From contig NIVC01003495.1 of assembly GCA_002269645.1 (NCBI GenBank), positions 30,974 through 94,973 of the forward strand: a stretch of DNA of 64,000 bases, written 5' to 3'. This DNA is from Macrostomum lignano. Lineage: Eukaryota. The position numbers were made by a program, and so were the translations under genes. Shown piece by piece: positions 14,445 to 26,891 of the stretch. The notes under the pieces were generated by a model. The model did no database searches, was not told the DNA's origin, and saw nothing but the letters and a program-made list of their open reading frames with translations. The first letter of the stretch is position 1. The number at the start of each line of letters is the position of its first letter.

Positions 14445-15480
14445 CTGCCTGACATTTGCTGATCTGACATTTGCTGATCTGACATTTGCTGATCTGACAG
14501 TTGCCAGCCTGACATTTGCTAGTCTGACATTTGCTGATCTGACATTTGCTGATCTGACATTTGCTGATCTGACATTTATTGATCTGACAGTTGCTGATCT
14601 GACATTTATTGATCTGACATTTATTGACCTGACATTTGCTGATCTGACAGTTGCTGATCTGACATTTGCTGATCTGACATTTGCTGATCTGACATTTGCT
14701 GATCTGACAGTTGCTGATCTGACATTTGCTGATCTGACAGTTGCTGATCTGACATTTGCTGATCTGACATTTGCTGATCTGACAGTTGCTGATCTGACAT
14801 TTGCTGATCTGACATTTGCTGATCTGACATTTATTGATCTGACATTTATTGACCTGACATTTGCTGATCTGACATTTGCTGATCTGACATTTATTGATCT
14901 GACATTTATTGACCTGACATTTGCTGATCTGACAGTTGCTGATCTGACATTTGCTGATCTGACATTTGCTGATCTGACATTTGCTGATCTGACATTTGCT
15001 GATCTGACATTTATTGATCTGACATTTATTGACCTGACATTTGCTGATCTGACATTTGCTGATCTGACATTTGCTGATCTGACATTTATTGATCTGACAT
15101 TTGCTGATCTGACATTTATTGATCTGACATTTGTTGATCTGACATTTGTTGATCTGACATTTATTGATCTGACATTTGCTGATCTGACATTTGCTGATCT
15201 GACATTTGCTGATCTGACATTTGCTGATCTGACATTTGCTGATCTGACATTTGCTGATCTGACATTTGCTGATCTGACAGTTGCTGATCTGAAATTTGCT
15301 GATCTGACATTTATTGATCTGACATTTGCTGATCTGACAGTTGCTGATCTGAAATTTGCTAGCCTGACATTTGCTGATCTGAAATTTGCTGATCTGACAT
15401 TTGCTGATCTGACATTTGCTGATCTGACATTTGCCAGCCTGACATTTGCTAGTCTGACATTTGCTGATATGACATTTGCT
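14445..15480. repeat. 15-bp minisatellite (GATCTGACATTTGCT)n
   Basis: Direct reading. Confidence 0.95.
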
Positions 15481-16474
15481 AGCTTAGCTTGACATTCTCA
15501 CTTCAATAGAGCAGAAAAGTTTTTCTTTCAATCTAAAAAACAGTAATTTACTATTTTCAATATCGACTTTTTTCAACTTGCAACCCCCCCCCTATCACTC
15601 AATCGGAATCAATGATTGGCGCCATGCCCCAGCTGCAGTTGTACAGCTCGGTGGACTCGAGAGGCAGGCAGCCAGACACATCGCTCCGCGTGTTTTACAG
15701 AATCCGAAGCGCAGCTTCGTTTTTATTTTTATCTGCCAGAGGGCTGGGAATGGAAACCGCAGCCCGGGCAGTCAATATCCCCTCGGCTGAGGCTGGAGAA
15801 TCAATGCAGGCTGAGGCTTCGTTGCATAAAAAAACTGCCACTGGCAAGGAAAGAAGCCAGAGAGAGGGGGCGGAACGAAGCTTGTGGGGATTTTTAATTA
15901 AACTTCTCCAGCGCAACTCCATCCCCAACCCTCACAATCTCCAAACCTCGCCCCAACTTTAAGCTCGTGGCCAAACGCTGCCAAGAGATGTCGGGTTTTT
16001 CTGTCTCGGAAAGGCAACTTCTCTTCGGGTGGGCGGAGCTCCAGAATCGACAAGCTGATAGACAAGGCGCGATAATGCCGACTGGATATGGGACAAAAAT
16101 CCCATCGGCCGATATTGAATGACACTGCATGGGAGAAGGCGGGGGGCGAGACCGCGGTTCCGGCTCCGATTGTGACAAATGGGGCCAATGCTGTCTGGGA
16201 GCGCAGCTCACCCCCAGCCGACACAGACAGATGATGCTCCGCGTGAGTTGCAGATGCTGGAGGGGGGGGGCTGCGCGAGTCTGACAGGACGGTGGACAAA
16301 TTGGAGCTATTTTTAGAGATAAGGTGAGCACACTGAGAAGTAGGGCTGAGATCAGGGGGAGATTGACGGACAAGACTGGAGGTGTGAGGAATGAGATGAA
16401 GAGACACGAAGGGGAGCAGGAATCACGGAACAGGTTAAAATAAATGAAGTACTGGCTTATGCTAAGCCAGTCGA

Positions 16475-18118
16475 GACAAGAAGAGAAAGACAGGGAGAAA
16501 TAGGGAAAGATAAGGAGAGAGAAAGAGAGAGACAGGGAGAGAGACAGGGAGAGACAGGGAGAGAGACAGGGAGAGAGACAGGGAGAGACAGGGAGAGAGA
16601 CAGGGAGAGAGACAGGGAGAGAGACAGGGAGAGAGACAGGTAGAGAGACAGGGAGACAGGGAGAAAGGAAGGGAGACAGGGAGAGAGACAGGGAGAGAGA
16701 CAGGGAGAGAGACAGGGAGAGAGACAGAGAGAGACAGGGAGAGATAAGGAGAGAGAAAGAGAGAGACAGGGAGAGAGACAGGGAGACAGGGAGAGAGACA
16801 GGGAGACAGGGAGAGAGACAGGGAGAGAGACAGGTAGAGAGAGACAGGGAGAGAGACAGGGAGACAGGGAGAAAGGAAGGGAGACAGGGAGAGAGACAGG
16901 GAGAGAGACAGAGAGAGACAGGGAGAGATAAGGAGAGAGAAAGAGAGAGACAGGGAGAGAGACAGGGAGACAGGGAGAGAGACAGGGAGAGAGACAGGGA
17001 GAGAGACAGGGAGAGAGACAGGGAGACAGGGAGAGAGACAGGGAGAGAGACAGGGAGACAGGGAGAGAGACAGGGAGAAAGGAAGGGAGACAGGGAGAGA
17101 GACAGGGAGAGAGACAGGGAGAGAGACAGGGAGAGAGACAGGGAGACAGGGAGAAAGGAAGGGAGACAGGGAGAGAGACAGGTAGAGAGAGACAGGGAGA
17201 GAGACAGGGAGACAGGGAGAAAGGAAGGGAGACAGGGAGAGAGACAAGGAAGGGAGACAGGGAGAGAGACAGGGAGACAGGGAGAGAGACAGGGAGAAAG
17301 GAAGGGAGACAGGGAGAGAGACAGGGAGAGAGACAGGGAGAGAGACAGGGAGAGAGACAGGGAGACAGGGAGAAAGGAAGGGAGACAGGGAGAGAGACAG
17401 GTAGAGAGAGACAGGGAGAGAGACAGGGAGACAGGGAGAAAGGAAGGGAGACAGGGAGAGAGACAGGGAGAAAGGAAGGGAGACAGGGAGAGAGACAGGG
17501 AGAAAGGAAGGGAGACAGGGAGAGAGACAGGGAGAAAGGAAGGGAGACAGGGAGAGAGACAGAGAGAGAGACAGGGAGAGATCCAGAGAGAGAGACAGGG
17601 AGAGAGACAGAGAGAGAGACAGGGAGAGATCCAGAGAGAGAGACAGGGAGAGAGACAGAGAGAGAGACAGGGAGAGAGACAGGGAGAGAGACAGAGAGAG
17701 AGACAGGGAGAGAGACAGAGAGAGAGACAGGGAGAGAGACAGAGAGAGAGACAGAGAGAGACAGGGAGAGAGACAGAGAGAGAGACAGGGAGAGATCCAG
17801 AGAGAGAGACAGGGAGAGAGACAGAGAGAGAGACAGGGAGAGAGACAGAGAGAGAGACAGGGAGAGATCCAGAGAGAGAGACAGGGAGAGAGACAGAGAG
17901 AGAGACAGGGAGAGATCCAGAGAGAGAGACAGGGAGAGAGACAGAGAGAGAGACAGGGAGAGAGACAGAGAGAGAGAGACAGAGAGAGAGACAGAGAGAG
18001 AGACAGAGAGAGAGACAGAGAGAGATCCAGAGAGAGAGCCAGAGAGAGAGACAGAGAGAGAGACAGAGAGAGAGACAGAGAGAGAGACAGGGAGAGAGAC
18101 AGAGAGAGAGACAGAGAG
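16475..18118. repeat. GA-rich compound repeat (GAGACAGG/GAGAGAGACAGG)n
   Basis: Direct reading. Confidence 0.95.
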
Positions 18119-19055
18119 CCAGAGTGAACAGGGGCAAAAGCAAGTCTGGAGAAATAATAATGAAGGGAGCAATGATAAGCAGACAGCAAAGCTTCTGAAA
18201 CAATTTGACATTTGAGAAAATAAAAAAAATCACAAAGCAACTGTGTGCGCCATTGAGCGGGCAGAGAGAGAGTTGGAAGGCCAACCCTCACTGGCTGAAC
18301 CGCACGCGCCCAAGTTGCCTCAGAATTATTTCGCTCAACTTTCGCCGCTTGACTCGGCCAGGCCGAGAGAGCGCCGTCAGCTGCTGCGTCACTCCGGGAT
18401 CTTCCCACTTGTCAGCGCGGTCAGGGCAGAGGGAGGGGGAATGACGGCAGAGTCTTTACGGGTTTCTTCCCTTGTCCTGGCGCAGCCGCAGCTGTCCGCC
18501 AGTCAATATCCCTGCAGTTCAATTATTGATTCCGCTGTCATTCTGCTTCTATTCCTACTAGGAGAGCAGAGCGGAATTTTCTCTGGCAAAGAGTTGATCT
18601 CGAAGCGAGAGACGCCAAATCCCTATGAAGCAGCAAGTGCAAGCAGCTCTTCACTAAACCGATGCAAATTGCATGGCAACGCCTCGCAGTTCGTCAGCAA
18701 CTCACCTGCCCCGCCGCTGGATTTGTCGCCGCAGAAGAGGAAACTTTTTCTGGCTGCCTATTTTGATATTTCTCTGAGGAAACTGTCCTCGGGCCAGTGT
18801 AAATAGTTGCAGTGAGCATTGAACCCCCAACTTGCTGGAATGGGCTTGGCTGGCCAATGACGGCTGGCCAAGAATCTGATTGGCTGTGGACAAATCGCTA
18901 AGCCTATCGCTAAGCAAAAAAGTTCACACAATTTTATATCACCCTCTGGACTTCCAAACTGCAAATTACCCAAGTTTATAAAGCTGATTGTCTTCCTGAA
19001 ATGCTAGCGATGTTAGATAATAACATTTAGTATGAATATACATAGGATGCTGCTT

Positions 19056-19275
19056 GGGCGGCCCTGTGGTCTAGGGCGGCGCTCTGATGCGCCAGCGGCC
19101 CAGGCTCGATTCCAAGTGCAGTCACATTCATTTTGACTAAACTGTACACTCCTGTGTGAGGGTGTGCCTGCTCAGGGGAGTCGGCGGAATGGGCAGCAAT
19201 GCCTCTCGCTGGTTGTCTGACAATGTCACTTGAAGTGCGCCAGGGTGCCCCTGCCTATAACAATTCAGAATAAAA
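19056..19275 (+). mobile_element. tRNA-derived SINE family A, internally deleted copy
   Basis: A-box-like GTGGTCTAGGGCGG, B-box-like GGCTCGATTCC, shared body (GTACACTCCTGTGTGAG...GCTCAGGG...GGAATGGGC) and an A-rich tail. Homologous to the copies at 20725, 32728 and 60340. Confidence 0.75.
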
Positions 19276-19599
19276 ATGTGCTGCTCACGAAAGACATCCT
19301 GTTAGCATTGATCAGTTGGTTGCGTACTCTGTGTATATTTCTTCAGCTAAAATCTTTCGCAGGAAAAAGACTACAACACAATTGCTTTGAAGAAAATTTG
19401 AGACTGGGAGAGCGATAAAAAGTTGGTGTTTAAAAACATAATTGCAGCGACAGAGAGCGGTTATTGACAGACTAGCAAGTCAGAACTAGCGGACTTGGTG
19501 CGAGTGAAAAAAGCATTGAAGCTGTGCACTTTTGTACCGTACACTTGGGGTCAGCTGGTAATGATGGGGGTCAGGGTTAATCTGGAATGAGTTGAGTAG

Positions 19600-19905
19600 T
19601 TCGGAGTGGGTCAGCTGGATCCGGAGTGGGTCAGCTGGATACGGAGTGGGTCAGCTGGATACGGAGTGGGTCAGCTGGATACGGAGTGGGTCAGCTGGAT
19701 ACGGAGTGGGTCAGCTGGATACGGAGTGGGTCAGCTGGATCCGGAGTGGGTCAGCTGGATACGGAGTGGTCGAAGTGGGTCAGCTGGATCCGGAGTGGAT
19801 CAGAGTGGGTCAGCTGGATTTGGAATGGGTCAGAGTGGGTCAGCTGGATCCGGAGTGGGTCCGAGTGGGTCAGCTGGATTTGGAATGGGTCAGAGTGGGT
19901 CAGCT
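19600..19905. repeat. 20-bp minisatellite (GGAGTGGGTCAGCTGGATAC)n
   Basis: Direct reading; lies just downstream of the BBS2 stop codon. Confidence 0.9.
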
Positions 19906-20008
19906 GCAAGTCAAACAAAGCTCAAAAGTGATGACACGCATTTCAGATTCAAATAAAGTGCATCAATGAGAAAACTTCTCAAAAGAGGTAATCCGCGTCT
20001 CCGACTGC

Positions 20009-23000
20009 TCAAGCCGAGCCGGAGCGAATGATTTTGTGCAGAGCGCCGAGATTGCTGGCCTTCACCGCGGCCCGGCAGTCGTTGACCGCCTGGGTTTTAA
20101 ATCTGCCAGCCCGCAGCCGGCCGGCCCGCTGGATGATCTGGTTCAGCGCCTTCAGCGACTCGCTCAGAGCCTGCTGGTTGGCCGCTCGCATTGAGTAGGA
20201 CGAGGCCAGGTCACGATTCAGGTCGCGGAGATCCCTGGGGATGAGACGGTCGGAGCAACGCAACCGGAAATGAGCCCCAATTCAACCGGAAATGAGCCCC
20301 AATGCAGCGGGAAATGAGCCCCAATGCAGCGGGAAATGAGCCCCAATGCAGCCGGAAATGAGCCCCAATGCAATCGGAAATGAGCCCCAATGCAACAGGA
20401 AATGAGCCCCAATGCAGCGGGAAATGAGCCCCAATGCAGCCGGAAATGAGCCCCAATGCAACCCGAAATGAGCCCCAATGCAGCCCGAAATGAGCCCCAA
20501 TGCAATCGGAAATGAGCCCCAATGCAACAGGAAATGAGCCCCAATGCAACAGGAAATGAGCCCCAATGCAGCGGGAAATGAGCCCCAATGCAGCCGGAAA
20601 TGAGCCCCAATGCAGCCGGAAATGAGCCCCAATGCAACCGGAAGTTGGGGTCTGCAAACAGCCATTTTTGTAATCGGAATCCCTCCGAAAAAATTGATTT
20701 TTTGCAACTGTCGGATGAGGGGCTGGGCCGTAGCCCAGCGGTCTGGCGCGGGGCTCTGGTGTGCCAGCGGCCCAGACTCGATTCCAAGTGCAGTCGCAAT
20801 AATTTGGGGCTGAATTGGAATCTCGGCTTCGCTCTGCTCTCGTGCAATTAACGGCCTTGAGAGCCAACCCCCCAAGGCGCAGTGAAGTGTACATGCCTAA
20901 CGATAAATAAAGTTAGGGCCGATGCACACTCCTGTGTGAGTGTGTGCCTGTGGGTATGACTGTGTACGTATCCGCGCGCTTGTGTGCCTGCTCAGGGAAG
21001 TCGGCGGAATGGGCAATGTCTCAGCTCACTCACTTGTAGGCCTTCTTAAAGTTCACAAAATCTCCCAATAGCCTGGCGTCCTCCGCCCGCACCACCAGGC
21101 CGCGCACCAGGTTGGAGCTGTCGGCCATATCGCCGGAGAGGCGCTGGCGCTGCGCCTCGAACTCGCTGATTCGGTCCACCAGACTTTTCAGACTGTCAGC
21201 CAGCCCGGGAAACTCGGCCTCCGAGGCCAGGTCCTCCAGGCCGAGGTAGCCGGCCAGGGCGGTGACCAGCTCGCCAGCCAGCTCCATGTTGTCCGTGCCG
21301 ATAACCTGCGTAGTTGCGCGGAACACTACTGATAGTAGAAATGTAAGAAAATTGACGTGAAATCTAAATGATTTCTAAATGCACATCCAGACACAGAGAG
21401 AGTAAACATGATTCATTTGAGTCAGGAAGAGTCAGCTAGAATAGAAATGAGTCAGGAGTATTCAGTTAGAATAGAAATGAGTCAGGAGTAGTCAGCTAGA
21501 CCATAAATGAGTCAGGAATAGTCAGCTAGAGTAGAAATGAGTCAGGAGTAGTCAGCTAAAATAGAAATGAGTCAGGAGTAGTCAGCTAGAATAGAAATGA
21601 GTCAGGAGTAGTCAGCTAAAATAGAAATGAGTCAGGAGTAGTCAGCTAGACCAGAAATGATTAATGAGTCAGGAGTAGTCAGCTAGAATAGAAATGAGTC
21701 AGGAGTAGTCAGCTAAAATAGAAATGAGTCAGGAGTAGTCAGCTAGACCAGAAATGAGTCAGGAGTAGTCAGCTATGCCAGAAATGAGTCAGGAGTAGTC
21801 AGCTATGCCAGAAATGAGTCAGGAGTAGTCAGCTATGCCATAAATGAGTCAGGAGTAGTCAGTTAGGCTAGAAATGAGTCAGGAAGAATCCATTAACAAA
21901 CCATTTTGTCGCTCTCCGCCCAGAGCCGCAGCGCCTCCCCGGTTGCCATGGAGACGAATCGGCAATCAAGCGGGCCGCCGTTGCCGTCGACCTCCTGGGC
22001 CAGCAGGAAGTTGGCGTTGATCCACATGGCCACCCGCTGCAGCCGCTCCTGCAGGCGAAAGCAGACGAAGCCGGCGGGCTGGGCGGCGGCCTCCGGGGCG
22101 ACGGGGGCAAAGACGGCGAACCGCGGCAGAGACCGGGTGGTCTCGAACACGTGGAACTGGGCGGCACCGCGCGGGCCCACCAGGCACTTCAGGTGCAGGT
22201 CCACGCTGGCGCACTTGCTGGGGTACAGCGGGATGTCCAGGCTGGCGCCCAGCCGGCTGGCGGGCGGGTGAGTCACGTGACTCTCGCCGTCGAAGATGCC
22301 CTCGGCGAAGACGATGACGGCCCGGATGGCGGTGCTGTTGGTGGTGGCCACGCGGAGGCAGACGCAGGGCGCGGGCTTGTGCGCCAGGTCCACCGACAGG
22401 GACGTCTGCACCTGCGGCGGCGGGACAGGGAATGTGGGATTGTGACAGGTAGGGAATGTGACATGTAGGGAATGTGACATGTAGGGAATGTGACATGTAG
22501 GGAATGTGACATGTAGGGAATGTGAAATGTAGGGAATGTGACATGTAGGGAATGTGACATGTAGGGAACATGCTTGGGCGCAACCTTGGGATTCACTCGG
22601 CCGTTTCTATTGGCAACGCACACATGTAAGTCGCTATTGGACGGAGTAGTAGTCACGTGACTGCTCTCAGCCAATAGCGACTTACATGTGTGTGTTGCCA
22701 ATAGAAACGGCCGAGTGAATCCCAAAGTTGCGCATGTATGGTAGGGAATGTGACATGTAGGGAATGTAACATGTAGGGAATGTGACATGTAGGGAATGTG
22801 AAATGTAGGGAATGTGAAATGCAGGGAATGTGACATGTAGGGAATGTGAAATGCAGGGAACGTGACGCGCACTCACCTGAGTGTTGGCTGGGATGGCAGA
22901 TGCCGTGTCAGAGGCGGCTCCGCTCAAGCCGCTGATGCCGCCACCGCCACCGCTGCTGCCGGCGAGCTTCTCAGCAGCTGCAGGAGCCGCAGTCCGAGTC

Positions 23001-25648
23001 TGCTGCCGCTGCTGCTGCAGCTGAGCCTTGGCGTTCTCCTCGTAGTTGTGCAACTCGAGCTGCAAGTTCTGCCTGGTCTGCATGAGGCTGTGCACCGAGC
23101 TGGCCGAGTCCACGCCGGTGGTTTCCAGGAGGGTGGCGCGCAGGTGAGTGGGCACGGGGTCGAAGGAGCGAACCTGTTGATCAAGGAGTGCATCTCTCTG
23201 CAGGTCGGCGCTATTGTCTAACAGGTGATTGAGGCTATTGTCTAACAGGTGATTGGGGCTATTGTCTAACAGGTGATTGGGGCTATTGTTTAACAGGTGA
23301 TTGGGGCTATTGTCTAACAGGTGATTGGGGCTATTGTCTAACATGTGATTGGGGCTATTGTCTAACATGTGATTGGGGCTATTGTCTAACAGGTGATTGG
23401 GGCTATTGTCTAACATGTGATTGGGGCTATTGTCTAACAGGTGATTGGGGCTATTGTCTAACATTTGGTTGGGGCTATTGTTTAACAGGTGATTGGGGCT
23501 ATTGTCTAACAGGTGATTGGGGCTATTGTCTAACAGGTGATTGGGGCTATTGTCTAACATGTGATTGGGGCTATTGTCTAACAGGTGATTGGGGCTATTG
23601 TCTAACATGTGATTGGGGCTATTGTCTAACAGGTGATTGGGGCTATTGTCTAACATGTGATTGGGGCTATTGTCTAACAGGTGGTTGGGGCTATTGTCTA
23701 ACATTTGGTTGGGGCTATTCTCTAACAGGTGATTGGGGCTATTGTCTAACAGGTGGTTGGGGCTATTGTCTAACATTTGGTTAAGGCTATTCTCTAACAG
23801 GTGATTGGGGCTATTGTCTAACAGGTGATTGGCACCACTGTCTCTAACAGGTTCGCTAAACCAGCCTCTCACCTCCCCATCAACGCTGACGATGGTCAGC
23901 AACTTAGTGCCGTCCTTGCGAAAGTCAGCAGCCACAATGCCAGCCACAGAGCTGGGAAATTGGTCCTTGAACACGACCTCCCCTGTGCGACAGTTTCTGG
24001 CGTCGATTTTTCCGTTAGACCAGCCGGTGATGAGCTCGGGGACGCCGTCGCTGTCCAGATCAAAAGCGAACACCGCCACCGGTGTGTTCTTTGATTTGAT
24101 GCGCCACAGGCGGGTCGATCTGACCGAGAGATAAGGCGGTAATTGCTTAAATTAAACTTGCTCACTACTTAAAAACCCGATTTCTGCTACTTTTAGTAGA
24201 GTTCCGTGAAAAAATTTCTTCGTTAACAAGTCATTACTTGAACATATTCTCGTGAGCAATAATTATGTGTGTGAATACTGAACAGGTGAATAGCAAAATG
24301 TGAACAGTGAATAGCGAAATGTGAACTGTGAATAGCGATATGTGAACAGTGAATAGTGATGTTGAAAAGTGAATAGCGAAATGTGAACAGTGAATAGCGA
24401 TATGTGAACAGTGAATAGCGATATGTGAACAGTGAATAGCGAAATGTGAACTGTGAATAGCGATATGTGAACAGTGAATAGTGATGTTGAAAAGTGAATA
24501 GCGAAATGTGAACAGTGAATAGCGATATGTAAACAGTGAATAGCGATATGGAAACAGTGAATAGCGATATGTGAACAGTGCATTGCGATATCCCGTGAAC
24601 AGTGAAGCCATCACAACAGAAACTGTGTATCACCTCTCATAGACGCCCACAGTGCCGTTGGCCAGCCCGTAAGCAAACATGGGGCCCTGAATCGCGCACA
24701 GGCAGCTGACTACCTCGGTCTCAGTGATCTCCTGCACAATCTCGTCGTCCTGAAACACTCGAATCTCGTAGTCTTCGCTACCGACGAGCAACTCGTTGCC
24801 GCCACTGCCAAGAAAGTCACACAGTGACAGGCTGCTCACGTTGTCGCCAGTCACGCTCCAGAAAACGTCGTTTCCCGACCTGGGAAGGGAGAGGCGGGTC
24901 AAGCGCGCAGCTCACTTAGGTCAGAGGACCTGAACTCGATTCTTAGAGTAACGACACTAATCCGTGCCAACGCCAATCCTCGGGAAAAAATCACTTCATT
25001 TCTTGGAAATAGTTTTCAGAGCTTGAGTTTAAAATATTTCCAGACCGTTTCTAAAAATAGCATGGAAAGCCTATCCAGATCACCAGTCTAGTTTCTAAAA
25101 ATAGCAAAGGGAATCTCCGTTTCTAAAATTAGCATCGGAAAGCCCCTTTCTAGCCCGAACCTGTCGTATCCAGTCAGCGAGCAGTTGCCGCCAACCAGCG
25201 CCAGCTGCCCGACGCCGGACTGGCGGCCAAGTCTGCCAACGACAATGGCGCTGACACCGTCAGGCGCGTCGCGAAAAAATGCGTCGGCATTGTTGAGCAC
25301 ATCGTAAGCCAGACAGGAGCCGGCGCTGCCGACCAGCAGTAGGTCCTGCATCGGTGAGGTTGCCGGCTCGCCCAACCGGCCGGCGGCCAGCGCCGTCACC
25401 GCCTGGCCCATGTTCAGCAGCATCACGTCGGCTGCGCCGGCTGCGGCCACCGGCTCCGGGCGGAGGACGCGGCTGCTGGAGCCACCGGATTTGGCGCCAG
25501 CGCCGGCGCCGGGACCGAGGAGCATGATTCGGCCGGCCGGGGCAGCACAAGCCAGGGTGTCCGAGCGGCCATCGAATCGGCCGACAGTCACGCAGCGGGG
25601 GATGACCTTCTGCGGCAGGCGCGTCTGGTAGCTTGGCACGACTGGCAT
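20009..25648 (-). CDS. BBS2: Bardet-Biedl syndrome 2 protein (BBSome subunit), 7 exons, about 761 aa
   Basis: Exons 25648-25161, 24879-24634, 24119-23873, 23173-22877, 22411-21902, 21305-21034 and 20234-20009. All introns are GT-AG with consistent phases (2286 nt total). Hallmark motifs: [71 protein letters not shown]. Confidence 0.95.
20265..20640. repeat. 22-bp minisatellite (GAAATGAGCCCCAATGCAGCCG)n, BBS2 intron 6
   Basis: Direct reading. Confidence 0.93.
20725..21017 (+). mobile_element. SINE family A copy (antisense in BBS2 intron 6)
   Basis: tRNA-like head (GGGCCGTAGCCCAGCGG...GACTCGATTCC) and a body homologous to 60340-60640. Confidence 0.75.
21418..21885. repeat. 30-bp minisatellite (GAAATGAGTCAGGAGTAGTCAGCTAGAATA)n, BBS2 intron 5
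   Basis: About 16 units. Confidence 0.93.
22430..22865. repeat. 16-bp minisatellite (GTAGGGAATGTGACAT)n, BBS2 intron 4, split by a palindromic insert
   Basis: Two blocks flank 22578-22733. Confidence 0.9.
22578..22733. mobile_element. Palindromic MITE-like element (about 156 bp, about 63-bp inverted arms)
   Basis: GCGCAACCTTGGGATTCACTCGGCCGTTTCTATTGGCAACGCACACATGTAAGTCGCTATTGG, then a spacer, then its near-exact reverse complement. No clear TSD. Confidence 0.65.
23212..23850. repeat. 24-bp minisatellite (GGGGCTATTGTCTAACAGGTGATT)n, BBS2 intron 3
   Basis: Direct reading; reads as (NSPNHLLD)n in the BBS2 frame. Confidence 0.95.
24285..24600. repeat. 21-bp minisatellite (GTGAATAGCGATATGTGAACA)n, BBS2 intron 2
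   Basis: Direct reading. Confidence 0.9.
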
Positions 25649-25787
25649 GGCTGCAGTGGCGGATGAAGTCAAATTTTAGATTTAAAGTAATTTACTGCTT
25701 GATTAAGAATACTTTCTACTCTTTTTAAGACTCATATTTTTAAAAAACTCAAAAAGCTACTAAAACTATGTAAATTAAATATAAAAC

Positions 25788-26891
25788 CAGTGTTGGGCAC
25801 TTCCGTTACCGAGTAACTTGCAAATGGTAACGCAAGTTACTTTTTCGTAAAGCGTTCCTTACGCAAGTTACTTTTTTATTTTAGTAACGGAGTAACGGTA
25901 AGTTACTCAAATTTCGGAAGTCCGTTACAGTTACTTTGCAACAATCGCAATATTTAAATTAAAAACTGAAATGCTTAGCTAGTACGCCGGTTGTCACATG
26001 TTTTTGCATTTTTCATTCATAAATTCAAAATTAAGTGAATAGTATCATATGGTATTGCGTTTAATTAATGAAGAAATACTTGAAACATGTATTACTTTGT
26101 TAATATTGGTAAAATATTTTCGCCTTTCATTGAGGCTTTTCATATTACCAATTCCAGAATCAGAATCGGTTCGGATCTTCCAAGAAAAACAGCAGTATAA
26201 CTATTTAATTCTGTTGAATGTTTGACTGCCTTAACAACCTCACATAGCACAATTTTTCACTTTCTTCTTAGCGATTTTCATTCAATAATAAAAACTTTAT
26301 AGCACGTATCTCCCTCTAGTTATGGAGACAAAAATTTATACTTCACAAATTGGTTCTGATTCTGGAACCAGAACTAGCTATATGAAAAGGCCCATTTTCG
26401 TTACTAAAAATTTTCAAGTTTGATTCAAACAAACAACCAAAGAAAGAAATTCATCTGTAGCCTCCACAAGTCCCTCCACTGGCACTGCAGTACACTACAC
26501 CATTTTATACAGTTCTATTTATTTTACTCTATTGAATTATTGATATTCGTTTATTTTATCATTTATAATTTTAATTATTGATTGCCATTGCCCATTGGTC
26601 CTTCTATTTGCCTCACATCGTGTCGCCAATTCCTGTCTCTGTCTGTTAATCGGTTAATCCCAATGCCCAATGGCAAATTTCGGTAACAACAATGTGAAAA
26701 AATGTGCAATGTGAAAAAAGCAGAAAATTTTGTTAATAACATGGGTAACGGAAGTGAGTAACGGACAGTAACTTAAAAGTTACCAGGTTTTTGTCTAAAG
26801 TTACTAGGCTAACGTAAGTTACTTTTTAAAAATTGGTAACTTAAGTTACAGTAACGCAAGTTACTTTTTTTAAGTAACTTGCCCAACACTG
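25788..26891. mobile_element. Non-autonomous hAT-type DNA transposon
   Basis: Termini CAGTGTTGGG...CCCAACACTG, subterminal GTAAC/GTTAC repeats, and a perfect 8-bp TSD TATAAAAC (25780-25787 and 26892-26899). Confidence 0.88.

Noticed and set aside
22682-24079. 465-aa ORF as a stand-alone repeat protein
   Set aside because: It is BBS2 exons 3 and 4 plus the in-frame intron; treated as a retention candidate, not a separate gene.
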